From a virus: 64,000 bases of DNA. This document shows positions 26,665 to 35,973 of this stretch, one piece after another; position 1 is the first letter of the stretch, and each line of letters opens with the position of its first letter. Below the pieces are notes generated by a model. The model had not been told where the DNA came from and did no database searches. It saw nothing but the letters and a program-made list of their open reading frames with translations. A program made the position numbers and the translations under genes. Location of the stretch: IMG/VR virus record IMGVR_UViG_3300016457_000282, positions 32,001 through 96,000 of that record. One strand, 5' to 3'.

Positions 26665-27336
26665 ATGCACTTTATACCGTCTAGTGTAAAAATTCTAACT
26701 GCGCGATTACCTAATTCGCGAGCAAGCTTAGAATTTCAATTCTTCAAGAAAACGATTACTATTCGTTTTGCGCCTATGTATACACAAAGTACAATACTCA
26801 AAAAACTAAAGAAAGATCCTGATATGACTTATTCAGATCTCGTCGACTTCTCTAGTTGGTATTGCGAGCGCCTTTATACAGGCAGAATGCGCTTTTTTAT
26901 TGAGATGGCGTCCGAAAAGGAGCTAGATCAGACGCTTAAGCAGTTACTCGATGAATTGGAGTATGAGAAATTTACCTCGTCTGCGGCATCGCCAAAGGAA
27001 TTTCTCCGTTATGTAGCAGTACGCGGACGGATTAGTATACCACCTATTTCCTTCTTAGTAATGGGTCACGGCTCAGTTGACCGTAAGTTTTCAGAAGCGT
27101 TATACTTCCAAGCTAATAAGGACTTACCTGCCGACGTGGTAAGCGTGATCCTCGAAAAGCTGGGCGTACTAGTGCCTACTAAGACATCGTTTGATCTTAA
27201 AAGCTCGTTCTTCTCAAATGAAAAAATCTCAGTGGTCTTAAGCAGCAACACGTATGCCTCAAGAATAATTAAGGACCGTTTGAGATTGTTAACTCTAGAC
27301 CAACTAATCACAGGTAGTAGTAAGGAGGTATCATGA
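26665..27336 (+). CDS. hypothetical protein
   Basis: GGAGG RBS; 223 aa. Confidence 0.7.
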   Translation: MHFIPSSVKILTARLPNSRASLEFQFFKKTITIRFAPMYTQSTILKKLKKDPDMTYSDLVDFSSWYCERLYTGRMRFFIEMASEKELDQTLKQLLDELEYEKFTSSAASPKEFLRYVAVRGRISIPPISFLVMGHGSVDRKFSEALYFQANKDLPADVVSVILEKLGVLVPTKTSFDLKSSFFSNEKISVVLSSNTYASRIIKDRLRLLTLDQLITGSSKEVS

Positions 27337-27743
27337 AGAAAGTTACGATTACATTTTTAGTGAATGATACCGATCCGTGCGCGAAGCTCATCAACGGAGC
27401 ACAAGAGATTGAGGACTCTTTAGTCTACCTCTTCGGAGAGTCTTTTAAAGGGGGAGTGACTTTCGATGCTATTGACTGTACAGATGTAGCATACGAAGTA
27501 GGAGAGTTTTACATCCCTCAGCGCATGTTTCGTGGTTTACGGTTATACATCGAGAAGAGAGTACCAATAGGAGACTTTCTAAGAGCTGTGTTGAGTAATG
27601 ATCTTACAGGAGCAGTGCTGTGCGCAGATGATGTTAACATTCGAAATTTACCTGCTTATGTTTACTATTTGTATAACGAAGCTCCGGCCGACTGTTGGGG
27701 TTCTGCAGCTAAAGTAGGGAAATGGCTTAACATAAATGACTAA
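27333..27743 (+). CDS. conserved phage hypothetical protein
   Basis: GDFLRAVLSNDL..YLYNEAP..CWGS. Confidence 0.7.
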   Translation: MKKVTITFLVNDTDPCAKLINGAQEIEDSLVYLFGESFKGGVTFDAIDCTDVAYEVGEFYIPQRMFRGLRLYIEKRVPIGDFLRAVLSNDLTGAVLCADDVNIRNLPAYVYYLYNEAPADCWGSAAKVGKWLNIND

Positions 27744-27761
27744 CTTATAAGGAGTTAAGTT

Positions 27762-28067
27762 ATGTCCAGTGAAGGATTAAGGACGAAGTCAAGAGATGCT
27801 TGCACAGTTGTAATAGAAGCCCTTATGTCAGGACTGAGAGTTAAAATTGGTGACTACATTTATGTATATGACTCTGACCAGAATGAAGTTTTTATTGTAG
27901 GTAAGACTAGTTCTGGGGAAGAAGTCTTATTCAGAATTGATACTCTTACCCTTAACGGATTCATTAGAATAGTCCATAAGGAATTTTCTGATGAAGAACT
28001 TCTGGCTTTGGTTAGCCAGCTTACTCTTAGGAGGTTAAGTTGTGAAACTGTTAAATACAGGAGCTAG
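27762..28067 (+). CDS. hypothetical protein
   Basis: AAGGAG RBS. Confidence 0.65.
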   Translation: MSSEGLRTKSRDACTVVIEALMSGLRVKIGDYIYVYDSDQNEVFIVGKTSSGEEVLFRIDTLTLNGFIRIVHKEFSDEELLALVSQLTLRRLSCETVKYRS

Positions 28068-28118
28068 CAATACTAAGACTTTCAATGTACAGTTCTCTTT
28101 AGCATATCAAGAAGATAA

Positions 28119-28901
28119 TTGGGGAGTTTGTCCTACTGTAGCTTACGAAAACTAAAAGGTTATTTGAACGAAAGGTATCATTGGTATATTGAGCCTGATA
28201 CTCCTGTAGTGAGAGTACAAATGCCGGGCAGTATAAATCCTGCAGGAGGTACAACTCCCCGGGAATTTGAATCCGAACCATTACAGGCCGCTGACATTAA
28301 ATTAATTAACTGTTATTACCCGCCTCCTAAAGAAAGTGAGCTGAGAGATTTAATTTCCAAAGGGGTCCAAGAACTTGCTCGTAAAGTTCCAGGGCGTTTT
28401 TGTCCTGAACCTCCTTTATCTCAGAATTGGTTGTCTGCTCCTGATTTAGGAGTAGAAGATATTGTAGAAATTCTAAATGACTCTGAATACATATACAAAT
28501 TACCTCGACTCGGGCAGTGTAACGGTAAAATAAAACTAAAAGGTAGCGTGATACCAGGGCTGCGGCAGAGAGCTTTCTTTGTAGCTTCTTCAATTTCTTT
28601 TAGTCGACTGAAACTGTTTGTTTATCCTTCTTGTGAAAAAAGTGATGGGTTTGACACGTTGGTTCAAGGCGATTCTTTTAACATGGGTCATCACGAAATC
28701 AAAATAGTTGAAGGAGCTCTCTATATTTGGAGAGCCTACTCTGAAGACTACTATGGACACGAGCGAGCCCAGGCTTTATTCCGAACTTACGGAAAAGCCA
28801 CTTTGAGTGTCAAAGACTTAGTTGAAGGTGGCTCTAATACAGTGACTGTAAGAGGATCTTTTATTATGGTTCATTGGCCTATGTTAGGAAGATTAGACTA
28901 A
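28119..28901 (+). CDS. hypothetical protein (start uncertain)
   Basis: 260 aa ORF co-oriented with the cluster. Confidence 0.55.
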   Translation: MGSLSYCSLRKLKGYLNERYHWYIEPDTPVVRVQMPGSINPAGGTTPREFESEPLQAADIKLINCYYPPPKESELRDLISKGVQELARKVPGRFCPEPPLSQNWLSAPDLGVEDIVEILNDSEYIYKLPRLGQCNGKIKLKGSVIPGLRQRAFFVASSISFSRLKLFVYPSCEKSDGFDTLVQGDSFNMGHHEIKIVEGALYIWRAYSEDYYGHERAQALFRTYGKATLSVKDLVEGGSNTVTVRGSFIMVHWPMLGRLD

Positions 28902-29178
28902 AAAAGTAGCAGAGTAAGCTATGAAATGTTACATCTATGGCACGAAAGACAAATACTTAGCTTGCGGCAAAGCCTTGCCTAAGTGTAGTGAAGATTTTTT
29001 GTGACGCTTATGCCGGTCGTCTTATATGTTATAGCGAGGACGAGCGTATTTGTAGCAAGAGTAACAATGTTATTCAAGGCACGAGACTCTCTTTAGAAGG
29101 TTCACTGTAAGCTTGAGAAAGAGAGTTTTGTAGTAGTAGCTCGATTTAACTCAATATCAAATAAGGAGGGTTAAAAAC

Positions 29179-29793
29179 ATGAAGAAGCTCTCGGAGTTGG
29201 AAGAAAGGTTTGACGTAAAAATCCGCTTGTTGGAGAAACTTTTAGGTACTGTGCCAAAAGATCCAGAAGTCTATACTCGTTTTGTAGCAAGTAAGGCACC
29301 AGAACCTGAACTGGAAGAGGAAGAAACGGAAACCGTCGAAGAAGTAGAGGAGAGAGGTTGGACCGGATTTCATAAGAACGAGCAAGGTATTTTCATCTAC
29401 AACTACATGATCAAAGGCTTCCTTAAAAGCGCATGCGAAGTGTGCATGTCCGCAGGAGCCTTGTCTAAGATCGTTGCTTATAAGAAGTGGATCGATCTGG
29501 TAGTTTTTATTGACCCACGGCAGATACCGTTAGGAAAGAAGGAACCAGATGGTTGCTTAGAGCGACCTTTGAGAACGTTAACAGCGAAAGGTCCTCGAGT
29601 GACTGTTTGCAGAAGTGATTATGTAGATGCAGGGACTGAAATTCAGTTTACAGTGAGAATTCTGAAGAATAAAGTTGGGATTAATCGTGACGCTATTGAG
29701 CAAATGCTTGATTATGGTAAATACGTTGGGTTAGGACAGTGGAGAGGCTCCGGTGGTTATGGTCGTTTCGAAATAGTAGAAGTGTCACCTTGA
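29179..29793 (+). CDS. solitary Cas7/RAMP-superfamily protein
   Basis: N-terminal strand VKIRLLEKLLG, IYNYMIKGFLKSA helix, VDAGTEIQFTV, and C-terminal G-rich loop GLGQWRGSGGYGRF; AAGGAGG RBS. Confidence 0.8.
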   Translation: MKKLSELEERFDVKIRLLEKLLGTVPKDPEVYTRFVASKAPEPELEEEETETVEEVEERGWTGFHKNEQGIFIYNYMIKGFLKSACEVCMSAGALSKIVAYKKWIDLVVFIDPRQIPLGKKEPDGCLERPLRTLTAKGPRVTVCRSDYVDAGTEIQFTVRILKNKVGINRDAIEQMLDYGKYVGLGQWRGSGGYGRFEIVEVSP

Positions 29794-29807
29794 AGTATGT
29801 AGTAGTG

Positions 29808-29860
29808 GTCATATGATCCTGTGTTAAAACATCATGACTTTCTCTGTATGGCGTTTGTAA
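29808..29860 (+). mobile_element. IscB-element end scar (fused left/right end), copy A
   Basis: GTCATATGATCCTGTGTTAAAACATCATGACTTTCTCTGTATGGCGTTTGTAA. Confidence 0.6.
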
Positions 29861-30895
29861 TGCACTGTAACGAAGCGTGAAGGTTTGTCTTTATAGAGCT
29901 AAGCATGAGCACAGTGATGCTCAGTTCCGTGAGCGGAAAATCAGTTTGCAAACCAGAAGATTACAGAGCCATCGTAGGTAGAATGGGGAAAGGTAGTATT
30001 AGCACGGAAAAGTGTAGTCGTGTAACCGGTATCGTGGTGTTATGTAATTTGATGTAAAAGTAAACTACTTTGACTAACTGAACATACGATGACTCATAGG
30101 TGGTTAGAAGAAGGGAAGTTCCTTCTCAGATGTCTCTTAAAGAGAGATTGTTCCATTATGTGGCAAAGAATGTTGTACAGTGCAGTCAAAGAGTTTTTAC
30201 GGGGCGTGAAAGCTTGGTTCAGTAGAGCAAACCAATGTTGTGTAAAGTAAAGGTATTGTATTGTTTTGCATGCGACGCACTGTCTTGGTCATAGCAATTA
30301 AGTACTGAATAACTTAGATGTAAGGAGTTTTATCAAAAGTTTTCAGAGAAAACCTAGAAGTTTGTCTCTAAGGTAGTTGACTGCACTGTTTGGTAGCCTT
30401 TTCAACATGCGTTGGTAGTTTTTGTTAAGAAAGTAAGGAAAAGTGGAAGAAAAGACAGCTCTGAGGAGAAGCTATTGCAAAGTCAACTAAAGTGAAGGTG
30501 GTGTATCGTACTATGCTGTGGAGGCTTGAGTAAGTTTAGCGAACTCGAGTGGTGGCTTCGTAATGCTCCGTGTTGTGGGGGAGTATGGTAAAGAGAGGTA
30601 CCGTATCATATTGCGAAGGTGATGTAAGGCCTGGTCCTGCACCGGTAATGTAAAGTCAACTAAAGCAGTCTGAAGTTGTGTGTGGTAACGGTTAAGTGTA
30701 CTGTGGTATTTTGAAGTGCAGTAAAGTGAAAGGTGCTGTCGCGTAACGTAGTGATCTGTATTGGCGTCTTAGATTTTTTTCTTCGCTTAAACATAGTCAC
30801 ATGATTAGGTGCTAAAGCATCACGGTTTTCTTCACGTGATCTGCAAAGTACAGTGTCGTATTCCAATGTGTGGGTTCTGTATCGTAGCGTTTAGA
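29854..30895 (+). ncRNA. non-coding array of 5-nt NNNGY units punctuated by xxxGGT hexamers (candidate guide-RNA array of the Cas7-like protein)
   Basis: e.g. 30595-30765: GAGGT ACCGT ATCAT ATTGC GAAGGT GATGT AAGGC CTGGT CCTGC ACCGGT AATGT AAAGT CAACT AAAGC AGTCT GAAGT TGTGT GTGGT AACGGT TAAGT..; no + strand ORF of 60 aa or more. Confidence 0.7.
30796..30848 (+). mobile_element. IscB-element end scar, copy B
   Basis: GTCACATGATTAGGTGCTAAAGCATCACGGTTTTCTTCACGTGATCTGCAAAG. Confidence 0.65.
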
Positions 30896-30910
30896 GTACA
30901 CTTAAACTCC

Positions 30911-31100
30911 GTCACATGACTAGGAGCTAAAGCATCCTGGCTTGTGATCATGCCAATGGACTATGGTGATGCACCCAGGGGTGTCGTTCCAGCTCCTGGC
31001 TCTGCGAAGGAGCATTCGATTGAATGCGTTCGTACTTTCAAGCCATAGCTCAGGCCAGGGACGTATTACTGCTCCTGCCCTATAGGGGCATACACCAGGA
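30911..31100 (+). ncRNA. omegaRNA (HEARO-type) scaffold of IscB
   Basis: GCTAAAGC hairpin, CACCCAGGGGTG..TTCCAGCTCCTGGCTCTG core, GCATTCGATTGAATGC and TGCCCTATAGGGGCA hairpins, directly upstream of iscB. Confidence 0.82.
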
Positions 31101-31109
31101 GGAAAATCG

Positions 31110-32573
31110 ATGCAACATCAACGATTAATATTTCTTGTAGATGGAAGAAATAACATTTTACATCCAACACGAAAGTTGGATATGGTTAAACGTTGGTTGC
31201 GACAGATGAATGCTAAAGTCATTCGATTTGTCGGTAAAATTATGGTCGTACAAGTGTTCAAGACACTATCGCAGCAAAGAGATAACCCTATATACTGGAT
31301 TGGAGTAGATCCAGGAGATACGATTGGTATTTGTTTAGTCAGAATCACTATGTATAACAAAGTCAAGCAATTGCTAAGTATCGAATTTCACACAAGGTCG
31401 AAAGAAATCAAGCAATTACTTGAGATAAGACGGGGATATCGAAATATGAGACGATACTTCAGACGTAAACGTATTAAGAGAAAAGGACTCGTACCAAAGC
31501 ATAGACCAGCTAGATTCGAAAATAGAAGACGTTTAGATGGACGGTTGACTCCATCAGTTCGACATTTTCTAGAGTCACATAAAGCTGCTATACAGAAAAT
31601 AGTTGAATACGTTCCTGACGCTAACATCTCACTTGAATATGCTAAGTTTGACATCCAACGTATGATGAATTCAGATATTGAAGGTGAGCAGTATCAACAC
31701 GGAAGATTATTCGGTTACCAAAATATTCGTGCTTATGTACTACACCGTGATAAGTATGCATGTCAGCTATGCGGAAAGAAGAACGTTCAATTTCAGCTGC
31801 ATCATGTAGTACCCAGATCTCAAAACGGTAAAGATCATCCGGATAATCTTATTACACTGTGCCCAGATTGTCACGTTAAAGTACATACTGATGCTCAGTT
31901 GCTGAAAAGAGTACAAAGCAAAATCAAAACGAAAATAGCAGACTTCACATCTACATCCAGACTCAATATCATTATGCCGTTTTTAAAAGATTGGTTGTCA
32001 GATGCTTTCGGTAAAGAACATGTTTGGTTCTGTATTGGTGCTGATTCATATGTTATTCGTAGAGAGCTCAATCTTGTCAAATCTCACTGTAATGATGCTT
32101 ACTGTATTGCTATCAACAAACTGATGCGAAACAACGTTGAAATCAAACATGAACCATTCATCGATAAACATGTGGTACGTTTTGAACAGAAACGACAGCA
32201 TAATCGTAGAATGAAGAATAGCGAACGTAATCGATTGTACTATGTCATCAAAAACAAGAAGTGTATTCGTGTAGCTACGAATCGAAATGGAAATCCAGAG
32301 TCATTTCATAACGTATACAGTACGAAAATTCTACCACTGTTAAAACAGGGTTATCAAGTCAAAGTAAATCCTGGTGTCAAAGGCTATCGAAAGAAGTTCT
32401 CTGAAGTTGGATTCAAGGAAGGTGCTACAATTGAAATCGACAATCATATTGATGTGTTGAAGGGTTATAGTTTGACAGGTGGATTTGGATATACATACGA
32501 TGGAACACGATTCAAGCTTAAGGATATGAATGTAGTATATCCATATGGAGGATGGAAATGCGTAGAAACATAA
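31110..32573 (+). CDS. iscB: IscB RNA-guided endonuclease
   Basis: PLMP-like ILHPT, RuvC-I IGVDPG, Arg-rich bridge helix, RFENRR, RuvC-II LEYAKFD, HNH CQLC..HHVVPRSQNG..NLITLCPDCH, RuvC-III SHCNDA. Confidence 0.93.
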   Translation: MQHQRLIFLVDGRNNILHPTRKLDMVKRWLRQMNAKVIRFVGKIMVVQVFKTLSQQRDNPIYWIGVDPGDTIGICLVRITMYNKVKQLLSIEFHTRSKEIKQLLEIRRGYRNMRRYFRRKRIKRKGLVPKHRPARFENRRRLDGRLTPSVRHFLESHKAAIQKIVEYVPDANISLEYAKFDIQRMMNSDIEGEQYQHGRLFGYQNIRAYVLHRDKYACQLCGKKNVQFQLHHVVPRSQNGKDHPDNLITLCPDCHVKVHTDAQLLKRVQSKIKTKIADFTSTSRLNIIMPFLKDWLSDAFGKEHVWFCIGADSYVIRRELNLVKSHCNDAYCIAINKLMRNNVEIKHEPFIDKHVVRFEQKRQHNRRMKNSERNRLYYVIKNKKCIRVATNRNGNPESFHNVYSTKILPLLKQGYQVKVNPGVKGYRKKFSEVGFKEGATIEIDNHIDVLKGYSLTGGFGYTYDGTRFKLKDMNVVYPYGGWKCVET

Positions 32574-32771
32574 CACAGATTCATTCATGCGCTAAAGCAT
32601 CATGGCTTTCTCTGTATGGAGATTGTAAAGAGTATGTAACTAGTTTCTTTGAAGTTCGTTGGTGGAGTACGAAAGAAGGGCGTTATAAGAAAACGAAAGT
32701 GAGTATCAGGCGGAATGGTGGATATAAGAAAGCTCTAAGAAAGACTTTGGAAGTTCAACAGGAGAAGGAAA

Positions 32772-33053
32772 ATGCGGAAGCAAACTAAGATCTGGACTAC
32801 TAAAGATGGCCGTAAAATCAGGATTTGTGATATGACTGATGAACATTTGTTGAACACAATTAAGCTGCTCAGAAGAGCGAAAGAGAAGGTTGTATTAGAA
32901 GGTTACAAGACTCTTTGTTTCCTAAGAGGTGAGCAAGCTACCTTCGATCTAGAGTGTGAGCTTTATCACCTCGAGGTTGGCGACATCGACGTTTTTCATC
33001 CCTTAGGTGAGGCCCTATTACAAGAGGTTCACAGAAGAGGGTTGAGAGTGTAA
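32772..33053 (+). CDS. conserved phage hypothetical protein
   Basis: WTTKDGRKIRICDMTDEHLLNTI. Confidence 0.7.
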   Translation: MRKQTKIWTTKDGRKIRICDMTDEHLLNTIKLLRRAKEKVVLEGYKTLCFLRGEQATFDLECELYHLEVGDIDVFHPLGEALLQEVHRRGLRV

Positions 33054-33235
33054 GAAGTTGTTATGAGTAGAGAACGGTTGAAATTTTAACCGGTACGTAG
33101 AGAAGAAATTAACTGTGAAGTACTTTTGTGGAAGTTTGATGCTAAGAAAATTGAGTTGTACAGTTTCACTAAACATAGTGATATCTACGCTTTAGCGAAA
33201 CGTTAGTATCTCTTAGAATTCTGAAAGGAGCAAAC

Positions 33236-33610
33236 ATGATGATACATGTTACTCTAGATAATTTACTGATGACAGTTGCGAAATACTTTGAAGATTGTAG
33301 GTTCGACGACAGAGTGCACTTAGGACTAGGAGATATACGACTGACGATCGGGATGCAAGAGGAAATATTAAGGATGATAGCTGAAGCAACCGGTAAAGAG
33401 TTTGACAACATTGACTCAGTGTCGACAGAGATGAAGGAGAAAGAAAAGAGGGTCGAGCGTTACTTCTCTAACACAGCCGATGATCAGTTAGCTGTTGCTG
33501 TAGAAAAAGCAAGTTACTCATTCTACAAGAATGTTAATCCCGAGAACGACGGACTCAGGCTAGCACCTAGTCAAAAGAGTCCTACTAATAAAACCAAGGA
33601 GGTAAGGTAA
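33236..33610 (+). CDS. hypothetical protein
   Basis: AAGGAG RBS. Confidence 0.65.
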   Translation: MMIHVTLDNLLMTVAKYFEDCRFDDRVHLGLGDIRLTIGMQEEILRMIAEATGKEFDNIDSVSTEMKEKEKRVERYFSNTADDQLAVAVEKASYSFYKNVNPENDGLRLAPSQKSPTNKTKEVR

Positions 33611-34080
33611 TGGATAGTTTAGTTCTAGTACTTAACGGTGAGAGAAACACTGAAATGGTAGAGGAGAAAGATGAGAAAGGGATCTTAAGTTATGTTTATG
33701 CTGAGAAGAGTTACTACGGAAAGATTGTAGTTGAAATAGAGGACGGTGAAGGAAGCTACTTCACCGAGGATGGGACATCATCTTGGACGATACCTAGTGA
33801 ATTGGTACAAAAGATAATCGGGCGAGAAAAAAGAATATCGGAGCTCGAATTGGAATTAGGCAAATCGCTAGGAGGTTGTGATGCTGAGATCGAGGATTAC
33901 CGACAAAAAGTTCAGGAGTTAGCATCGAAGTTGGAGGAGAAACAAGAAATGAAGGAAATAGAGGTCTTCCAGTGCAGAAGACATAACCGAGTCTTATCAG
34001 CATCGGAGCTAAGAGATCTCCGAGCCGGCGGTTTTGAGGTAGAGGATATTATCAAACTTAGAGAAGCCCAATTAATCTAA
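33610..34080 (+). CDS. hypothetical coiled-coil protein
   Basis: Coupled start (TAATG), AGGAGG RBS. Confidence 0.65.
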   Translation: MDSLVLVLNGERNTEMVEEKDEKGILSYVYAEKSYYGKIVVEIEDGEGSYFTEDGTSSWTIPSELVQKIIGREKRISELELELGKSLGGCDAEIEDYRQKVQELASKLEEKQEMKEIEVFQCRRHNRVLSASELRDLRAGGFEVEDIIKLREAQLI

Positions 34081-34171
34081 CGCATTATTTGGTTAGTTGA
34101 ACGAATACTTGTTACGTACTCTTTTTTTTATTTAAAAAACTTTTAATTTTTCTTGCAGAGGAGGTGCGTTA

Positions 34172-34414
34172 ATGAGCGTAGAAGGAGAGAAAATGCCAGA
34201 GAAGGTAGTGGTCACCTCTGATCAAGAAGTTTGGGTTAAGGAGAGGATAAGAACGGCGATTCAGATGGCAATGTCATTGAAACAAGCTAGAAAAGTTCAA
34301 GCAGACCACTATGCTTATACGTACGGTTTAGATGGCGTGATTGAGGGAACTGCGCTCGAGATAATCCACTTACTTGGTCTGGAGCCATCGTACGTGAATT
34401 TAAGGCGAAGATGA
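34172..34414 (+). CDS. hypothetical protein
   Basis: GAGGAGG RBS. Confidence 0.65.
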   Translation: MSVEGEKMPEKVVVTSDQEVWVKERIRTAIQMAMSLKQARKVQADHYAYTYGLDGVIEGTALEIIHLLGLEPSYVNLRRR

Positions 34415-34478
34415 ATTTTGGGTAGTCTGTAACGTTCGAGAAGCCGCATTCTAATAGCTTACTAAAAGGAGGAAAGTT

Positions 34479-34733
34479 ATGGCATGGCTAACACTTAAAC
34501 CAGTGAAGGAGTTTTTGACAAACAAAACTATCAAAAGGATTGATACCAGTGATTGGCCCGAAGCAGTAATAGTTTTTACTGATGATACAGCTGTGAGATT
34601 GATACCTTGTGTTGATGTCAAAAATTCACTTACCTTTACAGGAGGAGATGTAAGTGTGTCTCCTTATATCCTAGCTACTCCATTGAAGCTGGAGAATGGA
34701 GAGTTTAAAGTTGTTCAATTGGAAATTCACTGA
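34479..34733 (+). CDS. hypothetical protein
   Basis: AGGAGG RBS. Confidence 0.65.
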   Translation: MAWLTLKPVKEFLTNKTIKRIDTSDWPEAVIVFTDDTAVRLIPCVDVKNSLTFTGGDVSVSPYILATPLKLENGEFKVVQLEIH

Positions 34734-34745
34734 GGAGGTTATACG

Positions 34746-34946
34746 GTGAAGGACCACAAAAATGAGTGGTTAGCGAAAGTGTTTCCTCTTTGGTTCAAAG
34801 TAATCAAAGGTAATCCTTATAGGTTGCCTATAGGAAAGGTATTACGAGGGCGATACAAAGATGGCGATGCTTCTCCATTTCCCGTAGAATTACAAGGCAA
34901 TCAAATGTATCAAATGAAGTTGGAAGAAGTTGAAGAAATTAAATGA
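34746..34946 (+). CDS. hypothetical protein
   Basis: GAGGAGG RBS, GTG start. Confidence 0.6.
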   Translation: MKDHKNEWLAKVFPLWFKVIKGNPYRLPIGKVLRGRYKDGDASPFPVELQGNQMYQMKLEEVEEIK

Positions 34947-35950
34947 AGGAGAGAAACATGGATAAAGAGGAATTAGCGCAGATATTAAAGGAACACAAAA
35001 AGTGGTTGACAGGGAAGGGAGGAGGAACTAAAGCTGATTTAAGAGGAGTTGATTTAAAAGGAGTTGATTTTTCAAAGGCTAACTTGAGAAAAGCTAACTT
35101 TAAAGACGCTAATCTTACAGGAGCTAACTTTAGAGAAGCTAATCTTAGCTGGGCTAATCTTCAAAGAGCCGATCTTAGAGAAGCTAATCTCATAGGAGCT
35201 AATCTTAAGAAAGCTATTCTCGCGGAAGTTGATCTCCAAGGAGCCGATCTCACGGAAGTTGATCTCACGGGAGCTAACCTCTGGAGAGCTAATCTTAAGG
35301 AAGCTGATCTCGCGAGGGCTGATCTCAGAGGAGTTGATCTCAGGGAAGTTGATCTCTCGAGAGCTAATCTTACAGGAGCTAATCTCAGGAAAGCTATTCT
35401 CACGGAAGGTGATCTTGAGGAAGCTAATCTCACAGGAGCTGACCTTTGGAGAGCTAATCTTAAGGAAGCTGATCTCGCGAGGGCTGATCTCAGAGGAGTT
35501 GATCTCACAGGAGCTGATCTTAGGGAAGCTAATCTCACAGAGGCTGACTTTAGGGAAGCTAATCTTAAGGAAGCTATTCTCACGGAAGCTGATCTTAGAG
35601 GAGTTAATCTCAAGGATGCCAGAATAAATTATTTGACCACGGGCATCCACCCAGCACCGGAAGGAGATCTAATTGGTTGGGGAAAGAAAGACGGGTACAT
35701 CGTCAAACTCCTCATCCCTAAAGAAGCTCGCCGGTCATGTGCTACAACAAGAAAGTATAGAGCAGAATATGCTATTTGTTTAGAGGTAGAGGGAACAGAT
35801 GAGGTAATAGTAAAGAATAGTCATGCTACCGCCGTTTATCGACCTGGAGAAAAGGTGGTAGCACATGAATGGTGTGAGGATAGATGGCAAGAATGTGCGG
35901 GAGGAATTCATTTCTTTCTGACTAGAGAAGAAGCAGAAGCATGGGGTTAG
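34943..35950 (+). CDS. pentapeptide-repeat protein with C-terminal DUF5758-like domain (likely start 34958)
   Basis: A(N/D)Lxx repeats; GWGKK..IVKLLIP..ARRS.ATTRK.RAE..W.ECAGGIHFF. Confidence 0.88.
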   Translation: MKERNMDKEELAQILKEHKKWLTGKGGGTKADLRGVDLKGVDFSKANLRKANFKDANLTGANFREANLSWANLQRADLREANLIGANLKKAILAEVDLQGADLTEVDLTGANLWRANLKEADLARADLRGVDLREVDLSRANLTGANLRKAILTEGDLEEANLTGADLWRANLKEADLARADLRGVDLTGADLREANLTEADFREANLKEAILTEADLRGVNLKDARINYLTTGIHPAPEGDLIGWGKKDGYIVKLLIPKEARRSCATTRKYRAEYAICLEVEGTDEVIVKNSHATAVYRPGEKVVAHEWCEDRWQECAGGIHFFLTREEAEAWG

Positions 35951-35973
35951 ATAAATAGTAGAAGGAGGAAAAC

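Larger units (their letters stand above)
30911..32630 (+). mobile_element. non-autonomous IS200/IS605-family IscB element (no tnpA)
   Basis: Left end GTCACATGACTAGGAGCTAAAGCATCCTGG, omegaRNA, iscB, right end CATGCGCTAAAGCATCATGGCTTTCTCTG. Confidence 0.85.

Noticed and set aside
30660-30866. Minus-strand 68-aa ORF (and mirror 55565-55771)
   Set aside because: Its T/H/L/Q-rich sequence is the expected by-product of translating the reverse complement of NNNGY pentamers; no RBS.
29794-30910. Canonical CRISPR array next to the Cas7-like gene
   Set aside because: There are no regularly spaced 25-40 bp identical repeats; the only long repeats are IscB-end derivatives. The real structure is the 5-nt periodicity.
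32552-32788. 78-aa ORF after iscB
   Set aside because: Its 5' half runs through the IS right end. The 3' half looks weakly AP2-like, but joining the element's flanks does not restore an open frame, so it is at most a remnant.
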